Below, piece by piece: positions 49,601-57,566 of a DNA stretch of 64,000 nt (position 1 is the first letter of the stretch; every line of letters begins with the position of its first letter). The translations under genes and the position numbers were made by a program. Origin of the DNA: a virus (lineage: Duplodnaviria > Caudoviricetes); IMG/VR virus record IMGVR_UViG_3300028048_000042; one strand, 5' to 3'. The notes beneath the pieces were generated by a model. It made no database searches, was not told where the DNA came from, and saw only the letters and a program-made list of their open reading frames with translations.

Positions 49601-50234
49601 TATTGAAATTCCTATTATGACTACATATCAGCCATTGAAGGATGAATTGTTGTCCATTTGGTACAATTATATCCCATATCAGGGTGTTATGGAAAATAAA
49701 ACTCAGAATTTGAAACGAATTACTGATTGGAAATATTTTGTTACAACATTAGGTACAGGTAAAGGTAATGATGAACAAATCAGGAAAAACATCATTAATG
49801 ATTTACCTGGTGGTATGGCTGAAGGATATATTGTAGATAATAATGATATTATTCTGAAAAATTTTGATACAGATATGAAATCTGCATTGTATGATGTAAA
49901 TAAGAAATTAGTATTCCCAACAGATTATGCACTGAAACAGGATGCGGAATTCTGCAATCTTGTTACTGATTATAAGGTAAGAAAAAATTGTAGTAATTAT
50001 CAGGATGGTAAGATTAATTTTCAAAACGTTGATTTTTGTTTGTATTTTGATGATTGCACAATGCCTATTAAAAAATATGTTGGTGCATATTGCGTTGTTG
50101 TTACAGATACAGGCGAATTGATGGTTTTTGTGGTCGGTAATTTTGATAAAAATGCAACGGTTATCAATAAATTGTCTCCTGTATATGGAGATTTGTACCA
50201 TATGAAAGGTAGACCGACCACCGTAAGGAATTAA
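46644..50234 (+). CDS. Distal tail/baseplate structural protein B with LamG/concanavalin-like domain
   Basis: N-terminus paralogous to 42391..44382; GTVDFFLKPFW..FYHFRIAW..FYING LamG-like pattern. Confidence 0.62.
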   Translation: MDKFERFSNYNEQSAYQQVIFGHDNPILETELNEMQQLQDNSRLSLIRKQVFSGFTELVQKEFKGEPIIYNPTENGLTLVNKIAIAPFRANVAGYEINGQGNFTYNKIDNYILVDLGQTSKDALNDTLVYLEVWFETAKGDTAVTKFGYIDGDVLGTPAKDNRVAEETSRRLTLCWAIRVKNECDFNSYADGMGYNDIFHYSHVFAKANGQFGNADNVNMAFCEATNDLFRAEDFHSDKNLYVGGRPTYEVKSSTLHGKYVFALPMFRIRRRNRTKYSLSNFNGSSSYNEMVVSNNSSLKGDILNDFRPDGLAYDVIDVNDVMDLRRSVNYADYNENSIADETVNLLFSNQLQTKITKKMRRVQIGNKQVPLDDIESATVFVPFEKSVLPTIGGSANAPLIAEKADVEYQDSVCGFGAVIKNNTQLVYNIRRDADNPLMNRDKGTVDFFLKPFWNGSDEEVSQEILWLTDTANKPILKFEKKGLNLVLTHYNDLIGSSQAVATVDLSTELIKSHQFYHFRIAWTNKPMPINGMIYFYINGQIKAQAEIATCKLVASYLKIGGQSNTDKGFLIDSMIAYNTNFEILAMQGSEYGYAKNTFFPMLPNDFIHSDTLLLPAFNGYVNNLGDNAYTQQKVTTELFPISETSSGKTFTLSVSSDKKIKSIDKVYNYETHQLYTLANYSVVNNGNSAKIVFTTSFNSIKKIIVEFTLELNTGCGGQDIPTEILGATWVKYEDEADNYDYGLHNKAEVSFNAEGAYPRQVPLLKPRKVNGEEDKAYDISNKVRTQNQCYARLLYYNMSGNGTIEYNIPTYLYGYKVVGVIGCSDIAEINEVYRTPSDIPDEPEQYITVHLKEPLLIGETITFTLATEGESFDYDLNSKTIFTNMCQCKTLQIQTDGKTQTFTVPCMSNADEVMHGGILVSAFTFYDAQGKKHFQCYENSQVFYNEYGEVDEDKHRFNTREVKVSGFGTPFITITLDTILPAGNIIEIPIMTTYQPLKDELLSIWYNYIPYQGVMENKTQNLKRITDWKYFVTTLGTGKGNDEQIRKNIINDLPGGMAEGYIVDNNDIILKNFDTDMKSALYDVNKKLVFPTDYALKQDAEFCNLVTDYKVRKNCSNYQDGKINFQNVDFCLYFDDCTMPIKKYVGAYCVVVTDTGELMVFVVGNFDKNATVINKLSPVYGDLYHMKGRPTTVRN

Positions 50235-50252
50235 ATCATAAGGAAAAAGCAC

Positions 50253-50281
50253 TTGCAATTTTTTAAAATAAATGCTATAAT
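50253..50281 (+). promoter_or_regulatory. Sigma-A-type promoter opening the replication module
   Basis: TTGCAA-17 nt-TATAAT with TG extended -10. Confidence 0.75.
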
Positions 50282-50319
50282 ACAGTTGTTAGAAATTCAA
50301 AGTAATTTTTGAAAGGAAG

Positions 50320-50583
50320 ATGACAATGGCATTTGTAGATAATAACAATACATTGCATGAAAGTGTTATTTCAACAGATACGAATAAGGAAATGAAGTTC
50401 TCTTTGCTTGAAAATAAGAAGAGTGGCTTGCTTCGTGCAAGCATTCGTGAATTTCAGCATAGTGATGCTTATGATGGCCCAACGAAGAACGGTATGATGC
50501 TTAAAATCAATACCACAGAGGACATTGAAAAGTATCAGAAAGCGTTTAATGATTTTTTTGAGACTTTGAAGAACTTTTATTAA
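50320..50583 (+). CDS. PC4-like ssDNA-binding protein
   Basis: SIREF..PTKNGMML pattern, 87 aa. Confidence 0.55.
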   Translation: MTMAFVDNNNTLHESVISTDTNKEMKFSLLENKKSGLLRASIREFQHSDAYDGPTKNGMMLKINTTEDIEKYQKAFNDFFETLKNFY

Positions 50584-50589
50584 GTAGAA

Positions 50590-50622
50590 GGAACTCAAAA
50601 CATTTTGTTTTGAGTTCCCTTT
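50590..50622 (+). terminator. Hairpin/terminator
   Basis: GGAACTCAAAACA-ttt-TGTTTTGAGTTCC. Confidence 0.6.
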
Positions 50623-50641
50623 GCTATGCAAAGGAATAATT

Positions 50642-51022
50642 ATGCCAAGAAAAAAATTAACAGAAGAAGAAAAAATTGAGCGAAACAAAGAAAGAGTTCG
50701 CAATAAAATTTTAAATAATGAACCATTAACAATTACAGATTTAGCAAAACTACTAAATAAGAAATCTTGTACTATTAAAAAGTGGGAATGGGATGAAATG
50801 ATTCCTAAACCTAATTTGGTTAATGGTGTAAGAATGTATAATGTAAAAGATTTAAGTAAGGTTTTGCATGGAATTTATAACTATCCTTGGCAAAGAAAAG
50901 TTGTCGATTTGGCTGAAATAAAACAATTGATGGATTATGTAGATTCTGTTGTAAATGTTAATTCAATAAAAAAACGTGATATTTGTGCGAGTCCTTATGA
51001 ATTTAAAGGCGAATTATACTAG
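50642..51022 (+). CDS. MerR-type HTH DNA-binding protein
   Basis: TITDLAKLLN..TIKKWE..IPKP..NGVRMYNVKDL; ATG 50642 after an SD. Confidence 0.7.
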   Translation: MPRKKLTEEEKIERNKERVRNKILNNEPLTITDLAKLLNKKSCTIKKWEWDEMIPKPNLVNGVRMYNVKDLSKVLHGIYNYPWQRKVVDLAEIKQLMDYVDSVVNVNSIKKRDICASPYEFKGELY

Positions 51023-51033
51023 GAGTGAATAAA

Positions 51034-51330
51034 ATGGATGAAAAAGAATTTTTGAATCGTTTTGATAATGGTGAAGAATTCACTGAAGAAGAATTGTCTG
51101 CTTTTAGATGGGAGTTCGTAGAAGTAAATGTGAAGTATGGTGATAACCATCGGTGGAATAGACCTGTAACTACGGTTTTTAGAGTAGATGATAGATTGTT
51201 TGCTTTGGAATGGTGGGAAGGTTTAACAGAAATGCAAGAACATGAGTTCTATAAACAGCCATATGAAGTGGAAGAAATTGAAAAAACAATTATTGTGAAA
51301 GAATATATTAAGAAAGGTGAAAAAAAGTAA
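51034..51330 (+). CDS. Hypothetical phage protein
   Basis: AGGAG SD; acidic; GLTEMQE..PYEV motif. Confidence 0.6.
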   Translation: MDEKEFLNRFDNGEEFTEEELSAFRWEFVEVNVKYGDNHRWNRPVTTVFRVDDRLFALEWWEGLTEMQEHEFYKQPYEVEEIEKTIIVKEYIKKGEKK

Positions 51331-53895
51331 ATGGTTCAGTTGGACTTAGATAATGTCTATTTGAAGATTACAAATTTAGATAAAGACCCTGAAATGAAAC
51401 TTTGGAATGAATTAAGTTTTCAGGTTCAGGTTTATGGTCAGCAAGAAATTCATTATAGACATTTGTATAATCGAAAAACGAAAAAAACTTATGCAGGTTT
51501 GATGGATTATGTGGTTGATTTTTTCAAAAAAGAAGAAATTGATTATCAATTGATTGACCACCGCACCAAACATGAGAGTAATGCAGATTTTAGTTTGGTT
51601 GATTATATAGATAAAGAAAACAACATTGAATTAAAACTTCGTCCTTATCAACAGGAAATTGTTGATAATTGTCGTGAGCGTGAAGTAATTCAGGCAGCGA
51701 CAGGAGCAGGCAAGGCGTTACCGCTGTATACTCCTATTCTTACACCTGATGGATGGAAAGCAATGGAAGATATTCACGTTGGCGATACTGTATATGATGA
51801 AGACGGTAAAGAAACAAAAGTCATTGGTGAATTCCCACAGGGGAAACTCGAAGTTTGGGAATTGGAATTTGATGACGGAAATACTATTGAATGCAGTAAA
51901 GACCATTTGTGGAAATTTTGCATAGTCAACAAAAAGTCTCGTGAGAAAAGCGAATGGTTTGAAAAAACAACAGAAGAAATGCTTAAATTGTTAAAAGACA
52001 ATGAGCTGTTTATCCCTGTTGTTAAACCAATTGAAATGTCTAAGAAAAATCTTCCATATCACCCATATTTGGCAGGTCAAATTTTCGCAGAAAAAGAATT
52101 GAAATTGGGAAAATATGCCAATCGCTTTTATGAAATGACTAAGGATTTTTCACAAGAAGAATTGGATAAGCTGTACGCATTTGATAACTTTAAACAATAT
52201 GTGTGGTCAAGCATTGCAGATAGACAAGAATTCTTAAAAGGATTAACCGAAATCATTGATGGTAAAAGTGTTGCAGAGCGTTGGGACTGTGATTTTGAAA
52301 CCATAATGGAATTTAAATTTTCAAAAGCTGAAAAAACCGAATTTGTATATAGAATTTTTTGCAGTTTAGGATTTAGCCCTGTGTGGGACAAAGATGATTT
52401 GTCTTTCAGCGTTGGTTTTATGGACGATGATTTTAATGTTGAATATAACAATAACGAGCAAATGTTATATTATCATATTGAAAATATTTATTCAATTAAC
52501 CATAAAACAGAAATGAAATGTATTGCAGTGGATAGTCCGAAGAAAACATATGTTTGTCAGAATTACATTGTAACGCATAATACTTTAATGATGGCTGCAA
52601 TTATTGCAAAATTCAATGTAAAACCTGTGTTTGTTTTTGCTGATAAGATTGGACTTTGTATGCAATTAAAGCAGGAAATTGAAAAATTCTTAGGTGTAGA
52701 AGTTGGACTTGTTGGTGATGGTATTGAAGAATACAAAGACATTACAGTGGTATCTTTGCAATCGGCAAAAGAGGAACAAATTCAAAAAGCAAAAATGATT
52801 TTGTTTGACGAATGCTTACCACCAAAAGCCAAAGTTATGCTTGCTGATGGAACATATAGTGAAATTAGCAGGATTGTAACGAGGTTAAAAAAAGGTGAAC
52901 AAATTAGGGTCATGTCTTATAATGTTGACACAAAACAATTTGAACCAAAATCTGTTATTAATTATGGAAGAATGCAAAAAAAAGACAGAAAAATGGTTAG
53001 AATTAACATTAGACAGGCAGATGGTACATTAAAAACCGTTACTTGTACTGACAATCATAAAATTTGGGTTGAAAGTTTAAAACAATATATTCCTGCCAAA
53101 GATTTGGTGAGTGGGCAAAAGGTTGTTTCTGTACAAAGAAAATACAAATGTGAAGAGTGTGAGAAAGTTTTTGATTCACATTTGGTTTTGGGTGCTCACA
53201 AGTCTTCTGCTCACGGAGAACTTAACAAAAAAAAGAAGTTTAAATGTGAAGTGTGTGGGGAAGAATTGTTTTGTAGTTTACCAACATATAAAGCCCATGT
53301 AAAATCTCATGATGTGGAATATCGTCAACTTCGAGGTAAACATATCAGTATTGCAAAAAAGATTTTTTACGCTGATGAAGAACGTTCAAAATTTGCAAGA
53401 GAATATATGAGTGAGTATATGAAACAAAACAATCCAATGGATAGGCAGGATGTCATTGAAAAAATGGTTCGTTCACGCAAAGAATATTTTGATAATATGA
53501 CAGATGAAGAATACAGTAATTTTGTAAGAAATTTTATCAATGCTTCTCCTACTTCTTTTAAAGAACCAACGCACCCTGAACGAGTGATTATGAGTTTAAA
53601 TATCCCAAATTTAGAGTATAATGGTTCTGTTGAAGATTCAAAAACATATAGATTTAAGAAAGACAATTCTTTAAAAAAATCTGCAACACCTGATTTTATC
53701 TACTATGACCCTATTACAGGTGTCGAAAAGTTTGTTGAGTGCTTCGGTGAACATTGGCATAAAAAAGGTGAAGATATTGCATTGGAAATGGCTTATAAAA
53801 ATAATGGATATGAAGCTCTCGTGTTGTGGGAATATGAGCCGTTAGAAAAACAGATTGAAAAACTTGAAAAGTTTTTGGGGGTGACAATTAGATGA
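51331..53895 (+). CDS. SF2 (UvsW/Rad25-like) helicase, N-terminal part, with intein 1 and N-half of intein 2
   Basis: LRPYQ Q-motif; ATGAGK|T Walker A interrupted at 51715; ILFDE| motif II interrupted at 52813. Confidence 0.88.
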   Translation: MVQLDLDNVYLKITNLDKDPEMKLWNELSFQVQVYGQQEIHYRHLYNRKTKKTYAGLMDYVVDFFKKEEIDYQLIDHRTKHESNADFSLVDYIDKENNIELKLRPYQQEIVDNCREREVIQAATGAGKALPLYTPILTPDGWKAMEDIHVGDTVYDEDGKETKVIGEFPQGKLEVWELEFDDGNTIECSKDHLWKFCIVNKKSREKSEWFEKTTEEMLKLLKDNELFIPVVKPIEMSKKNLPYHPYLAGQIFAEKELKLGKYANRFYEMTKDFSQEELDKLYAFDNFKQYVWSSIADRQEFLKGLTEIIDGKSVAERWDCDFETIMEFKFSKAEKTEFVYRIFCSLGFSPVWDKDDLSFSVGFMDDDFNVEYNNNEQMLYYHIENIYSINHKTEMKCIAVDSPKKTYVCQNYIVTHNTLMMAAIIAKFNVKPVFVFADKIGLCMQLKQEIEKFLGVEVGLVGDGIEEYKDITVVSLQSAKEEQIQKAKMILFDECLPPKAKVMLADGTYSEISRIVTRLKKGEQIRVMSYNVDTKQFEPKSVINYGRMQKKDRKMVRINIRQADGTLKTVTCTDNHKIWVESLKQYIPAKDLVSGQKVVSVQRKYKCEECEKVFDSHLVLGAHKSSAHGELNKKKKFKCEVCGEELFCSLPTYKAHVKSHDVEYRQLRGKHISIAKKIFYADEERSKFAREYMSEYMKQNNPMDRQDVIEKMVRSRKEYFDNMTDEEYSNFVRNFINASPTSFKEPTHPERVIMSLNIPNLEYNGSVEDSKTYRFKKDNSLKKSATPDFIYYDPITGVEKFVECFGEHWHKKGEDIALEMAYKNNGYEALVLWEYEPLEKQIEKLEKFLGVTIR
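51715..52581 (+). mobile_element. Class 3 intein (289 aa) with degenerate LAGLIDADG region
   Basis: Ala1 (ALPLYTPILTPDGW), block B DHLW, block F KCIAV, block G VTHN|T. Confidence 0.85.
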
Positions 53896-54026
53896 TTTAT
53901 TGTGAGAGCTTAGAAGGTGTAGTTGAATCTGTTGAATATATTGAAAATGATAAAACTCAATTTGTTTATGATTTGACTGTTGCAGATAACCATAATTTTG
54001 TTACAGAAGATGTTGTTGTGTCTAAT
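52813..54026 (+). mobile_element. Intein 2, split over two ORFs, carrying a Zn-finger/Vsr-like endonuclease
   Basis: CLPPKAKVMLADG and CTDNHKIW in ORF1; VYDLTVADNHNF..VSN|C in ORF2; ATGA overlap at 53892-53895. Confidence 0.85.
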
Positions 54027-54848
54027 TGTCATCATATACCTTCTGCGACTTGCGTTGACGTTGCCAATAAATGTAAGGATGCATATTATCGCATTGGTGT
54101 ATCTGCAACCCCTTGGCGTGATGCAGGTGATGAAATGCTTATTGAAGCCTGTCTTGCAAGAAAAAAACAAGGTGTAAGTATCAATGCAAGTAAGTTGATT
54201 GAACTTGGCTATCTTGTTAAACCTGATATTTATTTTGTGCCTATTAAACAGGTGTTTAAAGGTAAAAATTACAATGCCCTTTATAATCAGGCGATTGTTG
54301 AAAATAATACAAGAAATAAAATTATTTACAAAATTGCTGAACAGATGTATAATCGTGATAAACACATTCTTATCTTGTTTAAAACAATTAAACACGGTGA
54401 AGAAATGCAAAAACAATTGTTGAAACGTCTTGGAGAAAAGGTTACGCCAATCCGTGTAATTAATCCTAAAAATGGTAAAGAAACAACAATTCGTGTAAAG
54501 AATGTAGAAATTCTTTCAGGTGTTGATGATTCATTGCGCCGTACTGCTGTATTTGAAGCAGTAAAACAGGGAGTGTGTCGTTGTCTTTTGGCTTCTACTA
54601 TTGCAGATGAAGGACTGGATTTACCAATTCTTGATACATTGATTCTTGCAGGTGGTGGAAAATCATCTACACGAGCTTTTCAACGTGTAGGTCGTGTAAT
54701 TCGCTTGTATAAAGATAAAACTAAGGCTATAGTTTTTGATTTTATTGATTATACACCCATGTTGCGTAGACATTCACGAGCAAGACAAAAATATTATGAA
54801 ACAGAACCGTTGTGGGATTTACATAAATTTGTTGTAAATCCTGATTGA
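53892..54848 (+). CDS. Intein-C plus SF2 helicase C-terminal part
   Basis: 45-aa IntC then CHH, GVSATPWR (III), TIADEGLDLP (V), FQRVGRVIR (VI); SD GGGGTGA upstream. Confidence 0.88.
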   Translation: MIYCESLEGVVESVEYIENDKTQFVYDLTVADNHNFVTEDVVVSNCHHIPSATCVDVANKCKDAYYRIGVSATPWRDAGDEMLIEACLARKKQGVSINASKLIELGYLVKPDIYFVPIKQVFKGKNYNALYNQAIVENNTRNKIIYKIAEQMYNRDKHILILFKTIKHGEEMQKQLLKRLGEKVTPIRVINPKNGKETTIRVKNVEILSGVDDSLRRTAVFEAVKQGVCRCLLASTIADEGLDLPILDTLILAGGGKSSTRAFQRVGRVIRLYKDKTKAIVFDFIDYTPMLRRHSRARQKYYETEPLWDLHKFVVNPD

Positions 54849-54858
54849 GGTAAAAAGC

Positions 54859-55446
54859 ATGGTGAATGAATCGTTACAAGTATGTATGAAAAAAGCAATT
54901 TATTGCTTATTTCCTAATGGAATGGTGTGGGTGCGCTTCAACAAAGAAGATGTTATGACAATATACTTCATGAGCATTGCTATTGGTGAAGTGGATTATA
55001 AAACAAGAACACTTACCTTTTTTGATATAGATTCTCACAGAGAAATGTATCAGAAAGAAATTGATAATTATCAAAAAATTATTTTACAACTTCCTGATAT
55101 AATAGTAAGTCTTGATAAAATGTTAAATAAAAATATTCTGTTTAGGTTTTTATCAAAAGCTATTTTCTGTAAAACCATTTTTGTGTTCGATGAAATTAAA
55201 GCCGAGAGACAAGAACTCAAAAGAATGCATTATGAAGTGATGGAAAAATTAGTACATTGTCAAGAACAAGTGGCAAGACTTGAACGAAATCGAAAGCCGT
55301 TTATTTCTGCTTTGAATAATGTAACTATAAAAATTTATCGAGAATTTTTGCCGTTAGGTTTTAATTATAACTTAGATGAATTGACAGCTCCGCAAAATTA
55401 TTTGTCGGCTGTCGAACGTTTGGAAGATTATGTTTTAAAAAAATGA
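54859..55446 (+). CDS. Hypothetical protein
   Basis: GAGGT SD, in operon. Confidence 0.55.
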   Translation: MVNESLQVCMKKAIYCLFPNGMVWVRFNKEDVMTIYFMSIAIGEVDYKTRTLTFFDIDSHREMYQKEIDNYQKIILQLPDIIVSLDKMLNKNILFRFLSKAIFCKTIFVFDEIKAERQELKRMHYEVMEKLVHCQEQVARLERNRKPFISALNNVTIKIYREFLPLGFNYNLDELTAPQNYLSAVERLEDYVLKK

Positions 55447-55470
55447 TGCAATACAATTGGAGGGATATGA

Positions 55471-56730
55471 ATGGCTGAAAGCGTATTTTGTGGTTTGTGC
55501 CATAAAGAATTTAAATCCGCTGTAGCTATGAAAAACCACATTTGTAAAGAATCAGAAAGTAGACATGAGTTGATGGCTCATGTCTATAATTCTGATATTA
55601 AAATCAAGTGCGGAGAAATTAATGATTATATTGTAAAATATAGTGAATGGTTTCAAAGAGTAAATGAGATTAATTTGGAACAGACTTGCGTAGACTTTGT
55701 TGATAAAATCAAAGAAGATATTCAGAAAGAAAAAGAAGAAAAAGAATTTCAAAAAGCTGAAGAACGTAGACAAAGAGAATATCAAAAACAATTAGAGCAA
55801 ATGCAACGTCTAAAAGACCTTGAAGAAGAACGAAAGCTTCGTAAAAAGGTTGAAAGTGCTCATTTTAAACAAATGGATGAAAAAGACCGCCCAAAAGCAT
55901 TGCTTGATGAATATTACACTTTGACAGGTGGGTATTGTTATCAATATATGATTGAAATGCAGTTAGTTAAAGGTTTGTATACAAAACATAATTTTGATTC
56001 CGAAACAGCGCATTTCATTATTCGTTATATGGCAAAAATGAGAATCCCTTTAAAAAACATCAATTATAAACTTGATGATGCTATGAAATTCAAAAAAGGA
56101 TTGGAAGATGCTAAAGTAGAAGGTACAATTCCGTTTTTAATTAAATATTTTTATCAAAAGACGAAACAAAAACGAAATAATAAACTTTTTGTTCGTGAAA
56201 TTGACCGTTTGGAATCTAGTCAGTCTTCAAATGATTTAACTTATGAACAGTTGAAACGAGTTCTTGATGGAATGATTGCTAAAGGTGAAAAAAATATTGC
56301 ATTTTTTGATACATATGTATCTCAATTTGCATTTAAACAGGCAGAGTCTGCTGATAATGACCCTGTACATAATTTCACAGATGAACGAGAAGTTAAAGAA
56401 AATGTAAAACAGATTGTTTTGGGTAATTTGACGTTAGATGATGTTAATTCCAATATTCGTCAACAGTGTGCAGTAAAATTAAAACAGATTTATCTTCAAG
56501 GCAAGTTCAATAATAATTACAATTATTTTGAATGGGCATATAAAGCAAAACTTCCCTTAGATAAAGAATTATATTCTTTTGGTATGGAACATAGTGAAGA
56601 ACGTAATAGTCGCTTTAAAACATGGTATTTAAAGGCAAAAATGAGTGGAAACGCAACAATGTTTGAAAAATATCAGAAAGCGAAACAAAAATTTGATAAT
56701 TGGGTAGCTTCGTGTAAATATAATTCGTAA
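55471..56730 (+). CDS. Hypothetical protein with N-terminal C2H2-like finger; possible replication initiator
   Basis: CGLC..NH..H; sits immediately upstream of loader and DnaB (initiator role inferred from position only). Confidence 0.45.
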   Translation: MAESVFCGLCHKEFKSAVAMKNHICKESESRHELMAHVYNSDIKIKCGEINDYIVKYSEWFQRVNEINLEQTCVDFVDKIKEDIQKEKEEKEFQKAEERRQREYQKQLEQMQRLKDLEEERKLRKKVESAHFKQMDEKDRPKALLDEYYTLTGGYCYQYMIEMQLVKGLYTKHNFDSETAHFIIRYMAKMRIPLKNINYKLDDAMKFKKGLEDAKVEGTIPFLIKYFYQKTKQKRNNKLFVREIDRLESSQSSNDLTYEQLKRVLDGMIAKGEKNIAFFDTYVSQFAFKQAESADNDPVHNFTDEREVKENVKQIVLGNLTLDDVNSNIRQQCAVKLKQIYLQGKFNNNYNYFEWAYKAKLPLDKELYSFGMEHSEERNSRFKTWYLKAKMSGNATMFEKYQKAKQKFDNWVASCKYNS

Positions 56731-56766
56731 AAAGGCATATAATACACCTAAAGGAAGGTGTAAAAA

Positions 56767-57552
56767 ATGTTTTTGACGAAAGAAGAAAAAGCGAAGTTCC
56801 GTAAGAGATTGCGAGGGGATTTGGTTCTCCATTGTCCGAAGTGTAATGGTACAGGTTATATTACACGTATTGAGGAACGAAATGGAGTAAAGGGCGAAAT
56901 TTCCTCGCATTGTTCTTGTGTGCAGGAAGTTGAAAGAAAAATGAAACTTCTTGATTCAGGGATTACTCTTGAAAGTATTCGAGATTGGAATATAGATAAA
57001 ATTAAAGATAAACATTATTACAAGAAGGTTTTTGATTATATTAAAAACTTTAATGATAATTACTCAAAAGGCAAAGGGTTGTTTATTCATGGTCGGCAGG
57101 GTATTGGTAAAACGACTGTAAGCTGTATTATTGCAGAGGAAGTTTCGAAAATTAAACCATATTTTGAACAGGATGAATATACAGTTGGGTTTATCATGTT
57201 TGCTGATGTTATTGACAATAACTTTGATGAAGAGCGTAAGCGTAAAACTGAAAAACTTTTGATGGGTGTAGATTTGCTTATTATTGATAATCTTGGTAAT
57301 GAAGCAGGTCGTAATAAAGAAAGTCAGTTTGCACAACGCATTCTCGAAATGACTTTGCGTAAACGGCATAATAATTTACTTCCTACGGTCATCACTACAA
57401 ATTATGAACTAGATGAAATTGAAAAAATGTATAATAAAGATATACATGATTTCTTAATTCAGAATAATGAAGATGTTTTCTTTTCTGATGAAAATCATAG
57501 AACGATTCAGGAAACAACAGATAAAAATGCAGATGATGATTTCGATTTTTAA
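56767..57552 (+). CDS. dnaC: DnaC/IstB-like helicase loader ATPase
   Basis: CPKC..CSC zinc site, GRQGIGKT, LLIIDNLG.E, PTVITTN. Confidence 0.82.
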   Translation: MFLTKEEKAKFRKRLRGDLVLHCPKCNGTGYITRIEERNGVKGEISSHCSCVQEVERKMKLLDSGITLESIRDWNIDKIKDKHYYKKVFDYIKNFNDNYSKGKGLFIHGRQGIGKTTVSCIIAEEVSKIKPYFEQDEYTVGFIMFADVIDNNFDEERKRKTEKLLMGVDLLIIDNLGNEAGRNKESQFAQRILEMTLRKRHNNLLPTVITTNYELDEIEKMYNKDIHDFLIQNNEDVFFSDENHRTIQETTDKNADDDFDF

Positions 57553-57566
57553 TAGGGAGTAGTTAA

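Noticed and set aside
1-50234. Extracellular contractile injection system or tailocin (two tubes, cargo-like ORFs)
   Set aside because: Contiguous with phage-type replication genes, inteins and homing endonucleases, with no eCIS AAA ATPase visible; a large phage is the simpler reading.
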